NCBI GenBank assembly: GCA_044892505.1
Contig: CM097882.1
Location: forward strand, 381,424,001 to 381,488,000
DNA from: Schmidtea nova
Lineage: Eukaryota
Direction of reading: 5' to 3'
Length of the DNA stretch: 64,000 bases
Shown: piece by piece, positions 10,507 through 25,400 of the stretch
Layout of the letters: each line of letters starts with the position of its first letter
Numbering within the stretch: the first letter of the stretch is position 1
Program-made: the position numbers and the translations under genes
The notes under the pieces: generated by a model
Told to the model about the DNA's origin: nothing
The model's input: the letters and a program-made list of their open reading frames with translations, nothing else
The model's database searches: none

Positions 10507-12519
10507 ATAATATTTTGTTTTCATTTACTACGTTATACATGGACAGTAAACAGACAAATTTATTTTTATTATTAATTTCTAACCATATCTTCAATTTTAT
10601 TAATATATATTATTAATACTTAAATAGGCCCAAAAGACTTTTCAAGCAAAAAACAATTAAATTGTCACTTTTCAATATTTCCATAAAAGCATTTATATAA
10701 TTTACGTTATTTAAGTTTTTTGTGACTCAAAACGTACTATTTTCTTCATTTTTGGATATTTCATATTCTTACCATTTTTATTATTTCTAATCTTAGTTTA
10801 CAATGTATTAGAACAAGAAATGTTGAAATTATATTTTCTGATATTGTTGTTTCTTCCTTTCTTAACTTTATCGCATATTATATTACGGGGTATAACCTGT
10901 CATCTAGACGTAGAAGATCTACTGATAGCAGAATTATGACCTTAAATGTTTATTTATTGCGCCTTTTTAGACCTGGTTTCATTTCATCAACGTTTTTTGC
11001 TGCCTGATATACACTGACACTGATAAAAACAATAAAGTTAAATCTGGAAATAAATGCAATATATATATATATATATTTAATATAAATTCCAAAATATATT
11101 TATTTCGCAGATCACTCAGATCAACAATACATCCATGATACTATAAAAAACTCAAATTGATCTATGTAACAATACGCATATAATAGAAAAGTGACATTTG
11201 GTCTTTCTATGATACTAAGTAATCATTATATTTTAAAATAATTATAATTTTTTTTGTTTTAGTTTAAATAATCTGCTATATTAATCATGTGCTCAAGTTA
11301 ACTATTTATGTATATTTTTGACTTTGAAAATTTTTTAGTAAAGTCAATTTAATACTTAATTTATAAAATTTTCAATTTTATTAAAAAAAATTATCTAATT
11401 TAAAATTTTTTTATAAGTGTGGGTTAAGTCGGTGCCGGCAAACCAACGCATTGATAATAAAAAAACGGAATTTCTTTAAGAACTTGAAACAGTGATATAA
11501 AAATATAAGTTTTATCTTTTTTTCTTTATAAAATCCTCTATTTTAGTAACTGAATTTATTAAAACAAACAAAACAATATTTGCATTTGTATCAAACATGA
11601 ATATCGGAAAATATTATAAGCGTTTCAACAATGATTTTACAAATTCATTTTGCAATTCAAGTTTAACAAAAATTATATGTTCTTGGTTTTCTTTGAATAT
11701 TTCAGCTTTTTGGTTTTCTTTGTTATTTCAATTTCAATACTAATCTTTGCTTTATTATTGTAACGAATTAAAAAATTGAATTTCATAGAAAATATTTCTA
11801 ATTTCATTTCAACAAATTTGAATAAAAGGAAGCAAAAAATTGTATTAATTCCAAAACAGTCCAATAATTTAATATTAGCTTAAATTTCTTATAATTATAC
11901 AACCATAATATAAATAGATTATAAATATATTTTATTAATCATAAAATGAGCGTTTTATTTTGAAAAGTGAGTCAAATCCATTTTGTTGTTATAACAAGAT
12001 ATTTAAAGTTGTGTCTAAATAAATTTAAAAATATTGATAAGCTTTAGCAGCCAACTTTTGTGTGTTTTGTTGTTATAGATAACGTAAATTTATTATCCAA
12101 TGTTTACTATAATTGTTTTTTGCTACATCCAAATAGACTTATCCCACTTTTTAATTTTATGCTTAAGTATTCGAATATAAAAATAACAATTTAAGTCCTG
12201 AAGTATACAAGCATATTGATATCATTAACATCTTTTATTTTCACAATTGATCTCTTCGTTTTGAGAAATTTTCATTTTTTTATAATGACTCAATAAAAAA
12301 AATTTTTAAAAAAAGTTTACCTATTATCTAAAAAATTGATCTATTCTTTATAAAAAAATTAAAATTTTTGAAAGATTATTAATATTTAATAATCTTGACT
12401 TGAAAAAGAAGATTAAAGATAATAAGATTACCAATTACTGCTCCATTTGTGATAGTGTAAAAGCACTGTTAGCATATTAGTGTTGGGCTGGTGAAATCAA
12501 AAATAAATTTAATTAAAAT

Positions 12520-13824
12520 TTATTAAAAATTAAATACATACAAAGAGAAACAAAGAGAAACGCACGACAAGACGTTAAGCAGTAAAATAACGCAAGGGAA
12601 AATAAAAACAGTTAAGTACAATAGTATCATACGAACCACATCCTTTAAGTCGGTCAAGATAGGGTTGAAGCGATAAAAAAAGAGGCATCTCAAAAGAGAG
12701 CACACAATTTAAGTGCAGGTCGAATTAACATACGAAGGATCGCACGAGAATTGAATGGGGAAGATCAGTGCTTGTAAAGTGATTATGAAAAGCATGATCA
12801 AAGAATAAAATCGATATCAGAATAAAGAAAATAATTTATTAAAAATTATAGAATAAATCCTCATTGAAATATCGCAAAATTAACAGAGATAGGAATGTAA
12901 ATAGATTTAAAATTAAATTGTTTTAATCAATAAATGCACAATAAAACAATAGATACACACCTAATTTAATATAATTAAAAACAAATATTTTCGAAAATAA
13001 ATAAATCAAATTATAAAGTTAAATTTATGAAAGATAAATAAATGCTCACTTATTAGAACTAATAAGTAAGTATAAATCATTAATAAATTATGTAAACAAC
13101 AAAATAAGTAAGCGTCAGTGAAATTAGTATAAATAGATGTTGAAAAATCACAATCTAAACTTACTTGGCATTAATTTACTGAGAGCAAAAATTTGGTTTT
13201 TGATTTCGCCAGCCGTGTGGATCAAATTTGAGCGGGTATTTTTGTTATTTTGGTGATATGTGTTGGGTCAATTGTTGTTCAGTGGTCACAATAAAGTTTT
13301 GAGGCTAAATCTTTGCTTAAGGGATTCCCGATTAAAATCTGGATAGGGGCGTCCCTCTGTGGTGCAATCCACGAGGGTGAATCCGTGGCTGTGGAGCTCA
13401 GTAGTTCCACGTCATGGTGAGTGACTAATTTAATAAAACTGGAATAGTAAATAATTTGTAAGGGCGGGGAATGCACACGGAATGTTCGAAGTACGAATGT
13501 ACACCAAATGTTGTATTAGTTACGAATACACCTAGGTAGTTAGTTGTGGTCAACCACCAAGTCACGTAGGATATGGTTATTAAATTGAGAGCTAGAGATC
13601 GAGAGAAATTTAAGTCGACGGATATAAAGAATCAAGCGTAAGACCTTCTATCGGCAGCACGAACCCGAGGGGAAAATAAATGGGGAGTAGTTTCGGTGAC
13701 GGAGCTCACCTGCCCATCATTTTTCCACCACCGTATGCAGTACCAACTTGACTAGTAGGGAATAGTCAAGGGCATACGCGTGTAGTAGTCATTTTATGTA
13801 TGGTTATGGGTGCGGAATCCCTAG
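12520..13824 (+). mobile_element. Unclassified element copy E2 (frameshifted ORF remnant 12540-12777; structured 3' region 13640-13824)
   Basis: Translations SIIRTTSFK and KRAHNLSAGRINIRRIARELNGE align with E1 PLIRASTFN and KRRNHLGAKRRRERRVYAERLGIE. Shared GCTCACCTGCC and TACCAAC hairpin. Ends ATCCCTAG|T. Confidence 0.55.
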
Positions 13825-14733
13825 TATACTTATTTATCATTATTCGTTTAATTATTTATTAATTATTTATTAATAATTATCTAAAACCCACCCATAAACC
13901 CCAACATTAGCAAAGAAAATAAGCACCAATTAATTATAGAGTATCAGAATTATAATTGGGGATGCAACAGTAAAATAAACGATTCCGAATAATCTTTTTA
14001 AGAATCTTCAAACATGCAGTTTAACATTAATACTTTTAGGTGAAATATATAATTAGAAAGGCAAATTTTCACATACTTAGGTTGTTCCGCTTACTATAAA
14101 ATTATAATCTGAATATTCAAGCCACTCTATAGATATTCGATCATCTAGCTATTTCTTCATATCATTAATGGAAAATTAGCGAGAAAAATAAGATTTAAAC
14201 TCTATTTCTTACAACTAACTCATGGAGATACTTTCTGAATATTTTTATCGTCAGTTAAAAATAATTTCTTTAAAAATATATTTTACAATATACTATTGAA
14301 TAGGGGTTTGCTGACTTTAAAGGAAAGGTAATTTTAATGATTTTCTGAATTTATTATATAATATTATTTCCAGCTAGTGTAAATGCTACATATGTATGTA
14401 TAATTAACAGAGTGGCCACAGCTATATGGTCATCAGAGTGTTGTTTTGGCCGCTACACTCGACATCAGTTAGATAGAAATATTTTTCAAATTATATTATA
14501 ATTTTAAAAACAATTGATTGATTCAATGTCACTTAGTTCTGATTCTTACAGAATGTATTCACCCTTCATAAACACTAATATGGCCACCCATAAATGTTGT
14601 TTAGATACATTTATTCAAAAGTGATGAGGTGGATAAAACAAAATACTTAGTATTTTATATTATTTGACATAAATATTGATATTATCTTACACGTCTTGTA
14701 ATATCTACGAGCATATATGAAAAGGACATCAAG

Positions 14734-14734
<1 letters not shown>

Positions 14735-14801
<67 letters not shown>
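14735..14801. repeat. (TA)n microsatellite
   Basis: Uninterrupted TA run; others at about 8790, 16950, 27285, 44360 and 50040. Confidence 0.95.
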
Positions 14802-14803
<2 letters not shown>

Positions 14804-16940
14804 CAAGCAAATATATATAGTTACTCTGATTTTATGCACTATTTTGATTATTAAATTTTTAATTGTTGTACATTGTGTTATACTCTGAGTAAAAAATATC
14901 ATATTTCTTGCTTTATTTATTAGATGAAACGGGCGCCAAAATGTCTAGGGTCGGTTCTGCATATTGAAAGATGATATTTAAATTTATTAACAAAATTTCT
15001 AAATCCATAAACTAATGGGCTCTGACTCAATAAATATTTGAGTCCAAATTTCAATATTCAGCCTATATTAATAATAGCTAAGTTAAAAAAAAATTTTTTA
15101 ACAGTTTATGAAAATAAAATGACAATTTTAAACTCAAAAATCAAAAGAAATATTTTAATAATTATTTTTTAGTGAAATGTTTCATCATTCCCACCATTCA
15201 TCTATTTCATTTTTAATTACCTATATCATAATTTCTTTAGACATTTTTTAATGTGAATGTTTATTTTTCATTAGATATGAATTTTCGGCACAGACTTTTC
15301 AAGTGTTCATGTTTTTAAAATCATATAATAGTTATTAATATATGAACCATAGTTTCCTTGCATATACGTATTGATATGTGTATATGTTTAACATTAATAA
15401 TATTTATATTATTTTGAACTTTCAATAAAATCAAAGACCAAGGTTGGATGTTGAAGTGTAACAACACTTATGCTAATAATAAGTCGTACTCATATTTTAC
15501 TTAAGCTTTCACACCAACGATTTTCAAACGTTTACGTTAAATAAGACTTAACCTTTTAAAAATGTTCTATTTATGATTTCATTTTAGCATTTATTAAATA
15601 TAATAGTCAATATAAGCACCAACTAATGATAAATAAAAAATATTACTCACAATATGTTAAATGTTATGTAATCGTATTCTAAACCAATTAAGTGATATAT
15701 ATTATACATTTATTTCTGATAATTAACAATCAAACAAATTATTGACAGCAGAAAATTATTATTATACAATTAAATAATAATTTATACAAAGTATTGAATG
15801 TTATGTAATCATATTCATTATCTATCAAATTATGTTATTTATATGAAAAATTATATTTATAGTTGGTAATTATAAGAAAATAGCAATTAAAAAGACAATC
15901 AATTTAGACAACAGAAAAATTTATTATTATTATTATTATCATATATAATTAAATATTTTTTACAAATTATTAAATATTAATAAATAATATATAAATATAA
16001 CCGAGGATTGAGTACATAAACCGATCAATAAATATTGTTTTCACGAAAACTTCTATTTACTGTTAATAATTTCAACAGAAAAATAAAACTTAAATTGACA
16101 GTCAGCAAACTCAGCATAGTTGCAGAAAAATATTATTATTAATCATATATCCAAAACATAAAAACACTCACTAAAGTGCGCAGTTGAAATATTCTAACTC
16201 GGTAAAGGTCATAAACAAAGAACAGACAAAATATACAGTAAATCAAAAAATTCACTTATAAAAATAAACACCGCCACCAGAAGTGTTTGTTTTTTCCACT
16301 TTTTGTAAATAAAGTTATTTTTAACTTCAATAATTTTACGGTTTTGAAAGTATGAAACAGAAAAACAGTTTCCTACTACTTTCTAAGAAATAATTGGTTA
16401 GACTAATGCAAAACAAAGCAACGCTTGTCAGATTTATTGTTTTGATATTTCATATTTATCTGTAACTTTGTTTATTTGCACTTTTACTTATTTATTATTG
16501 CTAAATATATGTATATAAATATGCTGTAAATGACAACAAATAGTTCTCGTAAGAAAGCTTTGAATGAAAAATAAATCACTTCAACAAAAAATAGTTTATT
16601 TATAAAGTTTGTTTGTCTCATTTTTTAGAATAGAATGAATTTTTTAAAAATAATTTTCAGAATTTAGATGAAAAAAATAAATTCTATTTTTACATGGAGA
16701 CATTTATAATTGCATCCAGTCAGTAACGTAGGATTTGTGTGAATGAAATAGAATATAATACAATTAACTGATTTATTTTATCGAAAAAATATGATATTGT
16801 TTAACAATAATAGAGGCTTTAAATTAATTTAATTTAATGGAATTCAACAATAACTTGTTATTATTTATCGGATTTTGATCAAATTACATTGAAATTACCC
16901 AATGAAACTCGTATGGCGTCGAACAAAATTTCATTATAAT

Positions 16941-16982
<42 letters not shown>

Positions 16983-17695
16983 AAAAACCTTTAATTTTGT
17001 AAATATTATCAATTTCAATTAAATAAAAAAATAAAACAATTAAATTATTTTAATTCAATGATTACTAATATTAAGATTTTAAATGATTTGTAATATATAT
17101 TAAATAAGCAATTTTTATTAGATGATATTAGAGCCTTATAAAATTAAATAAAATTTTTAAAATAGAAAACATTTGCTCTAAATTATCTCGAATGTAATTA
17201 TCTCTAAATTACACATGCCTACATTATTTGCAATAAAAATATAACAAATTTGCGTCAGAAGACAAAAACAATACAAACTCGCGATTCTTCCTTTAAATCA
17301 CCTATCATTTTGGCATAGTTATTATATTATATTCAGATACCTAATTGGATATTTTTATACAATTTTATTTATTCAATTTCGAAATTCATTTATTGAAGAC
17401 AAACAATCAGTGGTTAGCTATAAAATATTAAAAGGCTTGGAATTATAGATTTTTACATGATAGATAAAAATTATTAATACAATAAGTAGTATTTACTAAA
17501 GTGATACTTGAAATACAAATTAAATAATTAATATTTGTGTAAGGTAAATTGAAGAAAATTTCTGCTCTTTATTAAAGCAACAAAACTGTAAAAAATAAGT
17601 TCGGAAAATTACCATAGATAAAATAAACTTATTTGTTTTCGTATTTTTGTTGCCTAGCACTAAAACAGGTCGGTGACTTTTAAGAAACGGTTTAA

Positions 17696-17928
17696 CCCTT
17701 TCGCCCCTATTGGGACAATACGTCCCAGAAACTTTCATCATGATCCTACTGGGATATTTTCAAAGCAATTTGCGGTGTTAAAGTTTATTTTCAGTGTTTC
17801 ATTGTTCTAGGATATTCAGAAGCGCCACGATTACAAAAATGAGAATATTTCATATTTAGGTCAATATTAACAAGTTCCAATATATAAATTTAGCATAGTG
17901 TCATTAGCGGAAAGTCGGTGCGAAAGGG
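17696..17928. mobile_element. piggyBac-type MITE (233 bp)
   Basis: TTAA|CCCTTTCGC ... GCGAAAGGG|TTAA: TTAA target duplication and 9-bp TIR. Confidence 0.8.
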
Positions 17929-20562
17929 TTAACATAAGGAACTAGAGTCAAATTTATCAAGAGATTTTCCATTTTTAATAAAATGTCATAAATTAAAAAA
18001 TACATATTTAATAATATTGAAAGCTCGATCAGCTTTTGCAATGCTCTGACCGCAATATTATTCATAATATTTTTTTGCTTTTTTAATTGAGATTGAAATC
18101 TATCTCAGATTTTAAATTTTGATTTATCATTACATATTGGTTAATTCCAATAAAAATATTTTCCCCATATTTTAAATATTGAATTTGCAATATATACTCT
18201 ACAAAGTTATTGAAATATGTTAATGTTTTTGATTTATATATTTTTATAAAAATCAATTCTTAAGGGAAAAAACAACGAGTTCAGATGATCCAATTTTTAC
18301 AACTCATCGCTACAAAAAACAACAAATTAAAAAAATTTCTATTTGACACGGAATATAAAAATCGGAAGATTTGTTTTATCTTATCAAACGATAAAATAAC
18401 CATTCAACAGTTTATTAATATTTGATTTTCAATGTAATTTTTATCTTATATTTACAGATTTATGTATTTGGTAAAGTCAGTTATTTACATGATATTAATT
18501 TATATAATGAGAATAGTATCAGACTTGATAAGAAAACAATCCGATTAAATTATTGTGATCTTAGAAATTTGGTCTATTACCGCCAGATGTACACACCAAT
18601 TAGTTGAATTCATTGAAATATTTACATTTATTTATTTATTTATTTATATGTATTTATTGACCGAAATAATATTAAAAATAATAAAATGTCAGTCTAAGAA
18701 AATAAATTCCAAATACCTGAACATTCTTTATTATCTTTTCCAAAAAACAGTTATTTTAAATAAATATTTTTAAACGGTTTTAATTAAAAAATTTATTCGT
18801 TCCACTTTTTGAAAATGTCTGCATTTTATATTTCCTTTAAATTAAGTATGTCCTTGAGAGTAGTACGAGTGGATCAATAAATTTGGATAGCTTCTGCATT
18901 AGACAAATCGCAGTACCATTGATGCTTATTGGTTGATGTTTTAAAAAATAGCGTAATATGAAAAAAACATGTAAATAGATGAATTATTGATATTTGATAT
19001 TAATTTTAAATAAAAGTTATGTTTTGTATTATTTCATTTTTTCATTTAAATGCTTAAGATCTTATTCAGCAAAAATTCATAAAAATTTATTCTAAAATTA
19101 GAGTTAAAAAATGATTTATGACCATTGAAAAATATTGATGTGCGTAAAAGATTGGCGATGAACTCACGTAACCTCAGATGCATAATATTGTTTTTCTACG
19201 TCATTCACATATGAATTTTCTCAATCACATTTATAATATTAATATAACATAATTTGTTCTTTTAAAAAACACTTTTTGTACGTAACGTTATTTTAGCCCT
19301 TAATTTCAGCTACAAAGCTATTTAAAAAGTCAGCAATTCAAAAATATATTTGTAACCATTAATCATTATTTTAGAGCAAATAACTTTTTTTGAACTCATA
19401 CTTTACCTTTTAGTTGACTCAATATTTTAAGCTTAAACGGAGTTACCTTGGTGATTCCAAAAGTGGAAAATTTGTATAAAATATATATTATTATAAAAAT
19501 GGTAATATATGGACAATTATGTATATTGAATTACTGTTGCAGCAAAAGTTTATAAGTACAAATTTATGCTTAATGTGGGTCAATATTTATGTTCTAAATA
19601 TATTGTACTTTCGCGCAGGATTAAATTCTGAAATATATCATACTTATTCAAAAATGTTAAAGCACTCAACAGAGACTAATCAAGTTGTGTAGAATCAAAT
19701 GTTAAAAAAATTGTTTAAATTTATAATTAATGATCAATAAATTTTTAATACAAATAATTTAAAACAAATATTTATTGGAATAGGAATAATGCAAAATTAA
19801 TTCCAATTTGTTCGGTTAATAATCTCGTTTGGGATAAAATTTACTTTTACATGTAACACAACAAATATAAGTACAAAATTTATTAAATGTTATTTTTCGT
19901 GTTTTTAACTGGTGCAAAATTTTTAATAGAAACTAAAAAAGTCATTTAAAATAGATAAGAACGTAAAAGTGAATTGTTTTTGATACTATTTTTTATAAAT
20001 TTATTTCAATAATTAGTTCGAAAAATAAAAAAATAAAATAATTTTTATTTAATTTTGGACACAATCCCTCTACTCCAGGACCGGCCCTGATAATTAAAAC
20101 ACAATATTTCTCTTAATTGATAGCCAAAAACAAGTTTAATTTTTATGCACTTATATCATAATAATTATAATTAACGTGTTCTCGCTAATACAAGCCAGTG
20201 AATTTTATTAGACATTTTAAGCATTGATTTGTATTTAAGATGCCACCTTACATATTATTATGTTGGTTTCTTCAACCTTCAAAATTTTAATAATAAATAA
20301 CTTTCTATGAATTTAAACATTGTTTACAACATGAGTCAAATATACATAGTTTTTCGCAAATTCTATGGGACAAGAAATCAAATCATTAACATTTACAATT
20401 TGTCTACCCTTAATCTTTTCTTTACAATTTTAGATCTTTTAATATAAAAAACAGTACTGTAAATTGGTATATTGAATTTTTTTCAACTAGTCTTAATAAA
20501 ATAAAAGTATCTTAAATGAATCAAAAGAATAAAACAGTGCATAAATACAAAAGTGGTCTCAC

Positions 20563-21675
20563 CGATGTATAATATAAACAAAAACGGGATTACAAGGTTT
20601 ATCGTCTTATTTTAAGTAGAGATACCATAATAAAATGTATTTATTGTTATTGAATACCATATTATTAAATTTCTTAAAAAGGTAATATTTTAAATAAAGG
20701 TTCATGAAATAAAACTCACATTTCCCCATAAACCAAAAAAGAACGCAGTGAAACATTTCCGTGTTGGATTTCAGCCAGAAGTACGACCGAACTAATTCCT
20801 GGAGTTTTTCCATCAATAAAATCTGATCCCGCCGACTGCAGCCGATTTCATCCTTACCATTGAACACCGACAACAACAACCACCGAAACAGGAATCGGCA
20901 ATTTTCTGGTTCCATTTGAACGATAATCAAAACCATAATCTTATGCCACAATTCTGCAACAAAATTCAGTCGCCTAGGTTCGGAACTCGATGAATAATTG
21001 GAATAATATTTTATTATTTGCATTATTTTCTTTAAAAGGGAATTGATTTGTTGTCGCAATCGCTTTGTTTCGTCTGTAGAAATTGTTGATTGAGATAATT
21101 TCAATGTAGACGAGCTCGAATTTTCCAGTCGGTTGTCTGAATTTGGAATAAGCAACGGTTCTGAATTGTTAAGATTATGTTGATGAAAATTGATAAAGCT
21201 TTTTGGAATTGATTTGTTTGAATTTGGAGTAAGAATCTGAGATATTAAATCGTTTTTCGTTTCTTTTGTCAATGATTCATATAAAATACTTTTCTTATGA
21301 GATATGTTTGTTTCACCAAGTTGGTTATTTTTTCGCTTGCGGTTGATATAATTATTATCTAGTAACCTATTAGACATATACATACCACTTTGAGGAGCGG
21401 TATCAGATCTGGGTCGGTGGAAACTGTTTTGAGTTAGAGTTTTATTACTTTGCAAAAAGGCCGATTGGCATCTTTTAACTTTAGAATCCTCTTGGGATAA
21501 AAGGGCACTTTCAACTAAACAACCATTCAAAAGATTTTTCAACAAATTAGCGTCTTTATCAAACACAGTATCTTGATTGTTGGAAGTTGTCGATATTTCA
21601 CCATTGGAAACGATAGAGTTTTCTAATTTCTTATCCATTGTACCAGATTTAATGGAAAGTGCTTCAGCACCCAAT
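20563..21675 (-). CDS. Unidentified protein: large exon 20720-21675 plus small exon 20563-20605 (partial model)
   Basis: Over 300 open codons in AT-rich DNA. tttccag acceptor at 21676, GTGAG donor after ...WFMGK, 114-nt intron, next exon YDKPCNPVFVYIIHR in phase. Low-complexity S/N-rich N-terminus, helical-looking C-terminal domain. Confidence 0.7.
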
Positions 21676-21699
21676 CTGGAAATTCAATACATAAATTTA

Positions 21700-22431
21700 A
21701 AAAAATACAATTAAAAAACCATATTACTTTATTATAAACATTTTTCTGACAAATTCTTTGACAAATATATATTCAGATAAATTTATTCAAATTCCATTCA
21801 TAATTTAATTGAACAAATTTAAGCGAATTATTAAAACTAGTTTATTAGCCAATGAAATTGTAAAGTACAGTCATGTTATAATTATTAAGGTCGCAATCAG
21901 AGACTAATAAACAATTTTTGTCATATTAATTTATGCACTTTAAAGAAACGGTCGATAGTCTAAAATATTTAATCTACAAATAACCAAAGCAAGTAAACGA
22001 CACACAGAACTGAAACACAATTTCTTTAGCGCAGGGAAAAACTACACACATAGACGCATATGTCTAGTAAATTTTTGTTAAAATTGTTTAATGTTTGAAT
22101 AAGTTTGAACTGTACTTTAATCTAAGTTTTCCATTTTTGAGGATGATTTAAATCAAAAAAATGGAAATCGGTTTATTTGATCAATAAAATTAATAATTGA
22201 AAAACTACTACTATTTTTTTAAAGATTTTGATATTTAAGCATAAAACTTGTAGACAGACAATTTTATATAAATTAAACTAAAATTATTAATAATAAAATT
22301 TATTAATATAATAAAATTTAATCAAGAATTTATTGTAGAATTTTGCCTTAAATCTGTAAATTAAAATTAAACGATAATTAGGTTGTTTGTTTGTAATAGC
22401 TACGATTTGTTTTAAATTTCTAACAATTTAA
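21700..22431. promoter_or_regulatory. Probable bidirectional promoter region between the unknown gene (-) and NudCD3 (+)
   Basis: Head-to-head arrangement of two coding genes less than 0.8 kb apart. Confidence 0.45.
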
Positions 22432-25400
22432 ATGGATTTTAAAGATGATGAAAAATTTGATAATGTATTATTAGATATTATTCAACGGGTAAATACTCTA
22501 CCAAATTTTTTGGACGTATTGTTTGGATTTTTAAGAAGGAGGTTTATATTCAACAGTTATAATTAATATTTCGTGTGGTTTTCTAGAACTGATTTATATT
22601 ACATAATGGATAATAATCAATCAAAAATGGGGTTTTTCCCAGGTAAAGCAGAAAAATTAATTTTAGATGTATTTTTTATAGAATATCATTTATATTTTAA
22701 TTTGTTTTAAGGCTTTTAAGAAACATAAAGACATATACGAGTCTTGTTTACCAAATAATTGTAGGCTTATTAACAATTCATAATGATATTAACAATCGTT
22801 AATTTAAGCAGCATTAAGTGAAGCAAGACAATTAATTCCAAGCAAATCTGAACCCTGTGAAAGAAATGAAAATCAAATTAAAAAAACTTTTAATGATAAT
22901 AGTAAAATATCGGAATCGGAAAACAATGGGTACCAATTAAAAGTGTAGATTTGTAATTTTTTGTAATAGTTTATTCTATGTTGCTGATGCGGAGTCATAC
23001 AACGGGTCGATTGGGGATAATTATACTTGGAGTCAAACAATTGGTGAATTGGATATTCGCGTGAAGGTTTGTATGTTTTTATTTTAAACTCAATCTATAA
23101 TTTGTTATAAATTAATATGTATGTTTTCATTTGATTAAGTTTTTAAATTCTATTAAAATTTTTATATTTGTTTGGAATTATATTAGTAATAATCATAAAG
23201 TATATCATTATATTTAACATCTTATTCTAATACTAAGTATCGAGGGAGAAAATTCTTAATTTGAACGGTACTAAGGAACAACGAGTTTGTGAACAAGATA
23301 TTACTGTAGTGTTGTAAAACTTTTTTAATAAGGCAAAGTAAAACTTAGTTAAAATAACAAAAATGATACTTTCCAAAATAATATAAATGCTACACCTTCT
23401 GTCTGAAAATATTGTATACGTTTCAATTCTTGTTTGACAATCAGCGAAAGAAAGAAACATCCTAATTTTTAGGAATAATTTTTAAATTTTAAATCGAAAT
23501 TTTTTCTCTTAGGTAACATTTTCATTCCAAATACTGCTTTCGAGCGATGTGATAAATTCTATTCACAGTCAAACGACTTAATATATATTTTGCTGTAACC
23601 TTATTAATTGAACCGAGGTCAAATTTTTCTGTTTTATAGTCATAGCAGCTTTTGTAACTACGTCCTCTTTGATTTGAAATTAGAAAATTTCTCTTAAAGT
23701 TTTCATTTTGTCATAATTTCTCCAAAAAATATTGATTTTTTAAAATATTTTGCACTCGTTTTTTTAAAATTATTAAAAATTAACATTTTATTTTACATTA
23801 ATTACATCATTTATTAAAAATTTAAAAACGTGATGATAACGAAATTATTACGCATCTTTTTACTATTAGCTTGTTTAATAGTAAATTGACGGTAGGCTGT
23901 AATGACTTCACGGGCTCTTTATAACAAATTTTTTAAAAAACACTAACAATAGGTCTGATGTGATTTCTGTTGCGCTGTTGGTGAAATATAGAATTAACAA
24001 TTAATTACCTGACTTCGAGTGCTTTTCAATCGACCAACAAATGAATTTGTACCAAACCAATCCCACTAAACGCATAAAAACCCTCTTTGGGTATAGTCCA
24101 GCATTAAGTGTCAGAATCGGCGCTTGTCCGAGGAAAAGCCATTGTTTTTTTCGTTTAATATTTGAATAGAGATCTCACTTTTCATGACCAGTAGCAAAGC
24201 ATTACAAACTGTTCATCGCTGTTCTTTTCGGAAAGATTGTGATGAAACCAAATCCCATGCCTATCCACCTTTTAATTCTCCTTTAAATGTTCCTGTACTG
24301 TTGACTATTATGAGTTTACATTATTCGACAATTACTGTATGTTTTAACGCGGGTCAGACTCAATAGATAGCGTAAGCAAGTCATCATCCAGATTGGGTGA
24401 CCTTCCGGAACGTGAACCACTAGAAAGATAAAAAAACTTTCCAAACCAACGTTGACATCAGTTCACCTTCAATATATCCCAGAGGTTTTCGTAGCCTCGG
24501 TTGTATTCATCCATTAGCAAAGGTAACGAGTCAAATGCCGGTAGGTAACTGCGGGGAAAATATCTATTTGCGGGGTTACTGTTTTTTGATAAGATAAATC
24601 GGTAAACGATGAATTAACAAACATCTACTATGAAAAATCAAATAAAACTAATAATTATTATTATCATAATTATCTTTTTGTTTCACCTTTGATCTTTTTT
24701 TAATTTTAATATCAATAATTCCCACAATGATAAGACTAGATCAAAATTTCTTTAAACAAGTACCCAATATTTCGGCAAAGCCTTTAATACACACTTGATA
24801 AAGTCTGCCTAAATATTGTGTACTTATTTAAAGAAATTTTTATCAATAGTTTTACCATTATGGAAATTATTGATATTATTATTATAATTATCAGCAGCAA
24901 CAATATCAAATTCATTTTCGGTATCCATTAAAAAAATCAAAAACAGCTACAAAATTTATTAAATTTAAAAACTACGCTTTTTCTCCTAATATTTAAACAA
25001 AAACTTGAAGACTATTCTTCTTTAATTCTGATGTTGATTTGAATGCTGGCTAATTTTTTAAATAAGAAATAACATATATTTTAAGGTTAATTTAAATTAT
25101 TAATTTAAGATGTTTAAATAAAAATTTATGAAATCTGACAAATACAATTTAAATGTTTATTAGCAATTTTAATTTAAACGTGAATTNNNNNNNNNNNNNN
25201 NNNNNNNNNNNNNNNNNNNNNNNNNNNNNNNNNNNNNNNNNNNNNNNNNNNNNNNNNNNNNNNNNNNNNNNNNNNNNNNNNNNNNNNNNNNNNNNNNNNN
25301 NNNNNNNNNNNNNNNNNNNNNNNNNNNNNNNNNNNNNNNNNNNNNNNNNNNNNNNNNNNNNNNNNNNNNNNNNNNNNNNNNNNNNNNNNNNNNNNNNNNN

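Noticed and set aside
10880-15000. Scattered exon-like segments (10.9-11.05, 14.3-14.7 and 14.93-14.97 kb)
   Set aside because: I could not assemble a phase-consistent, stop-free model on either strand.
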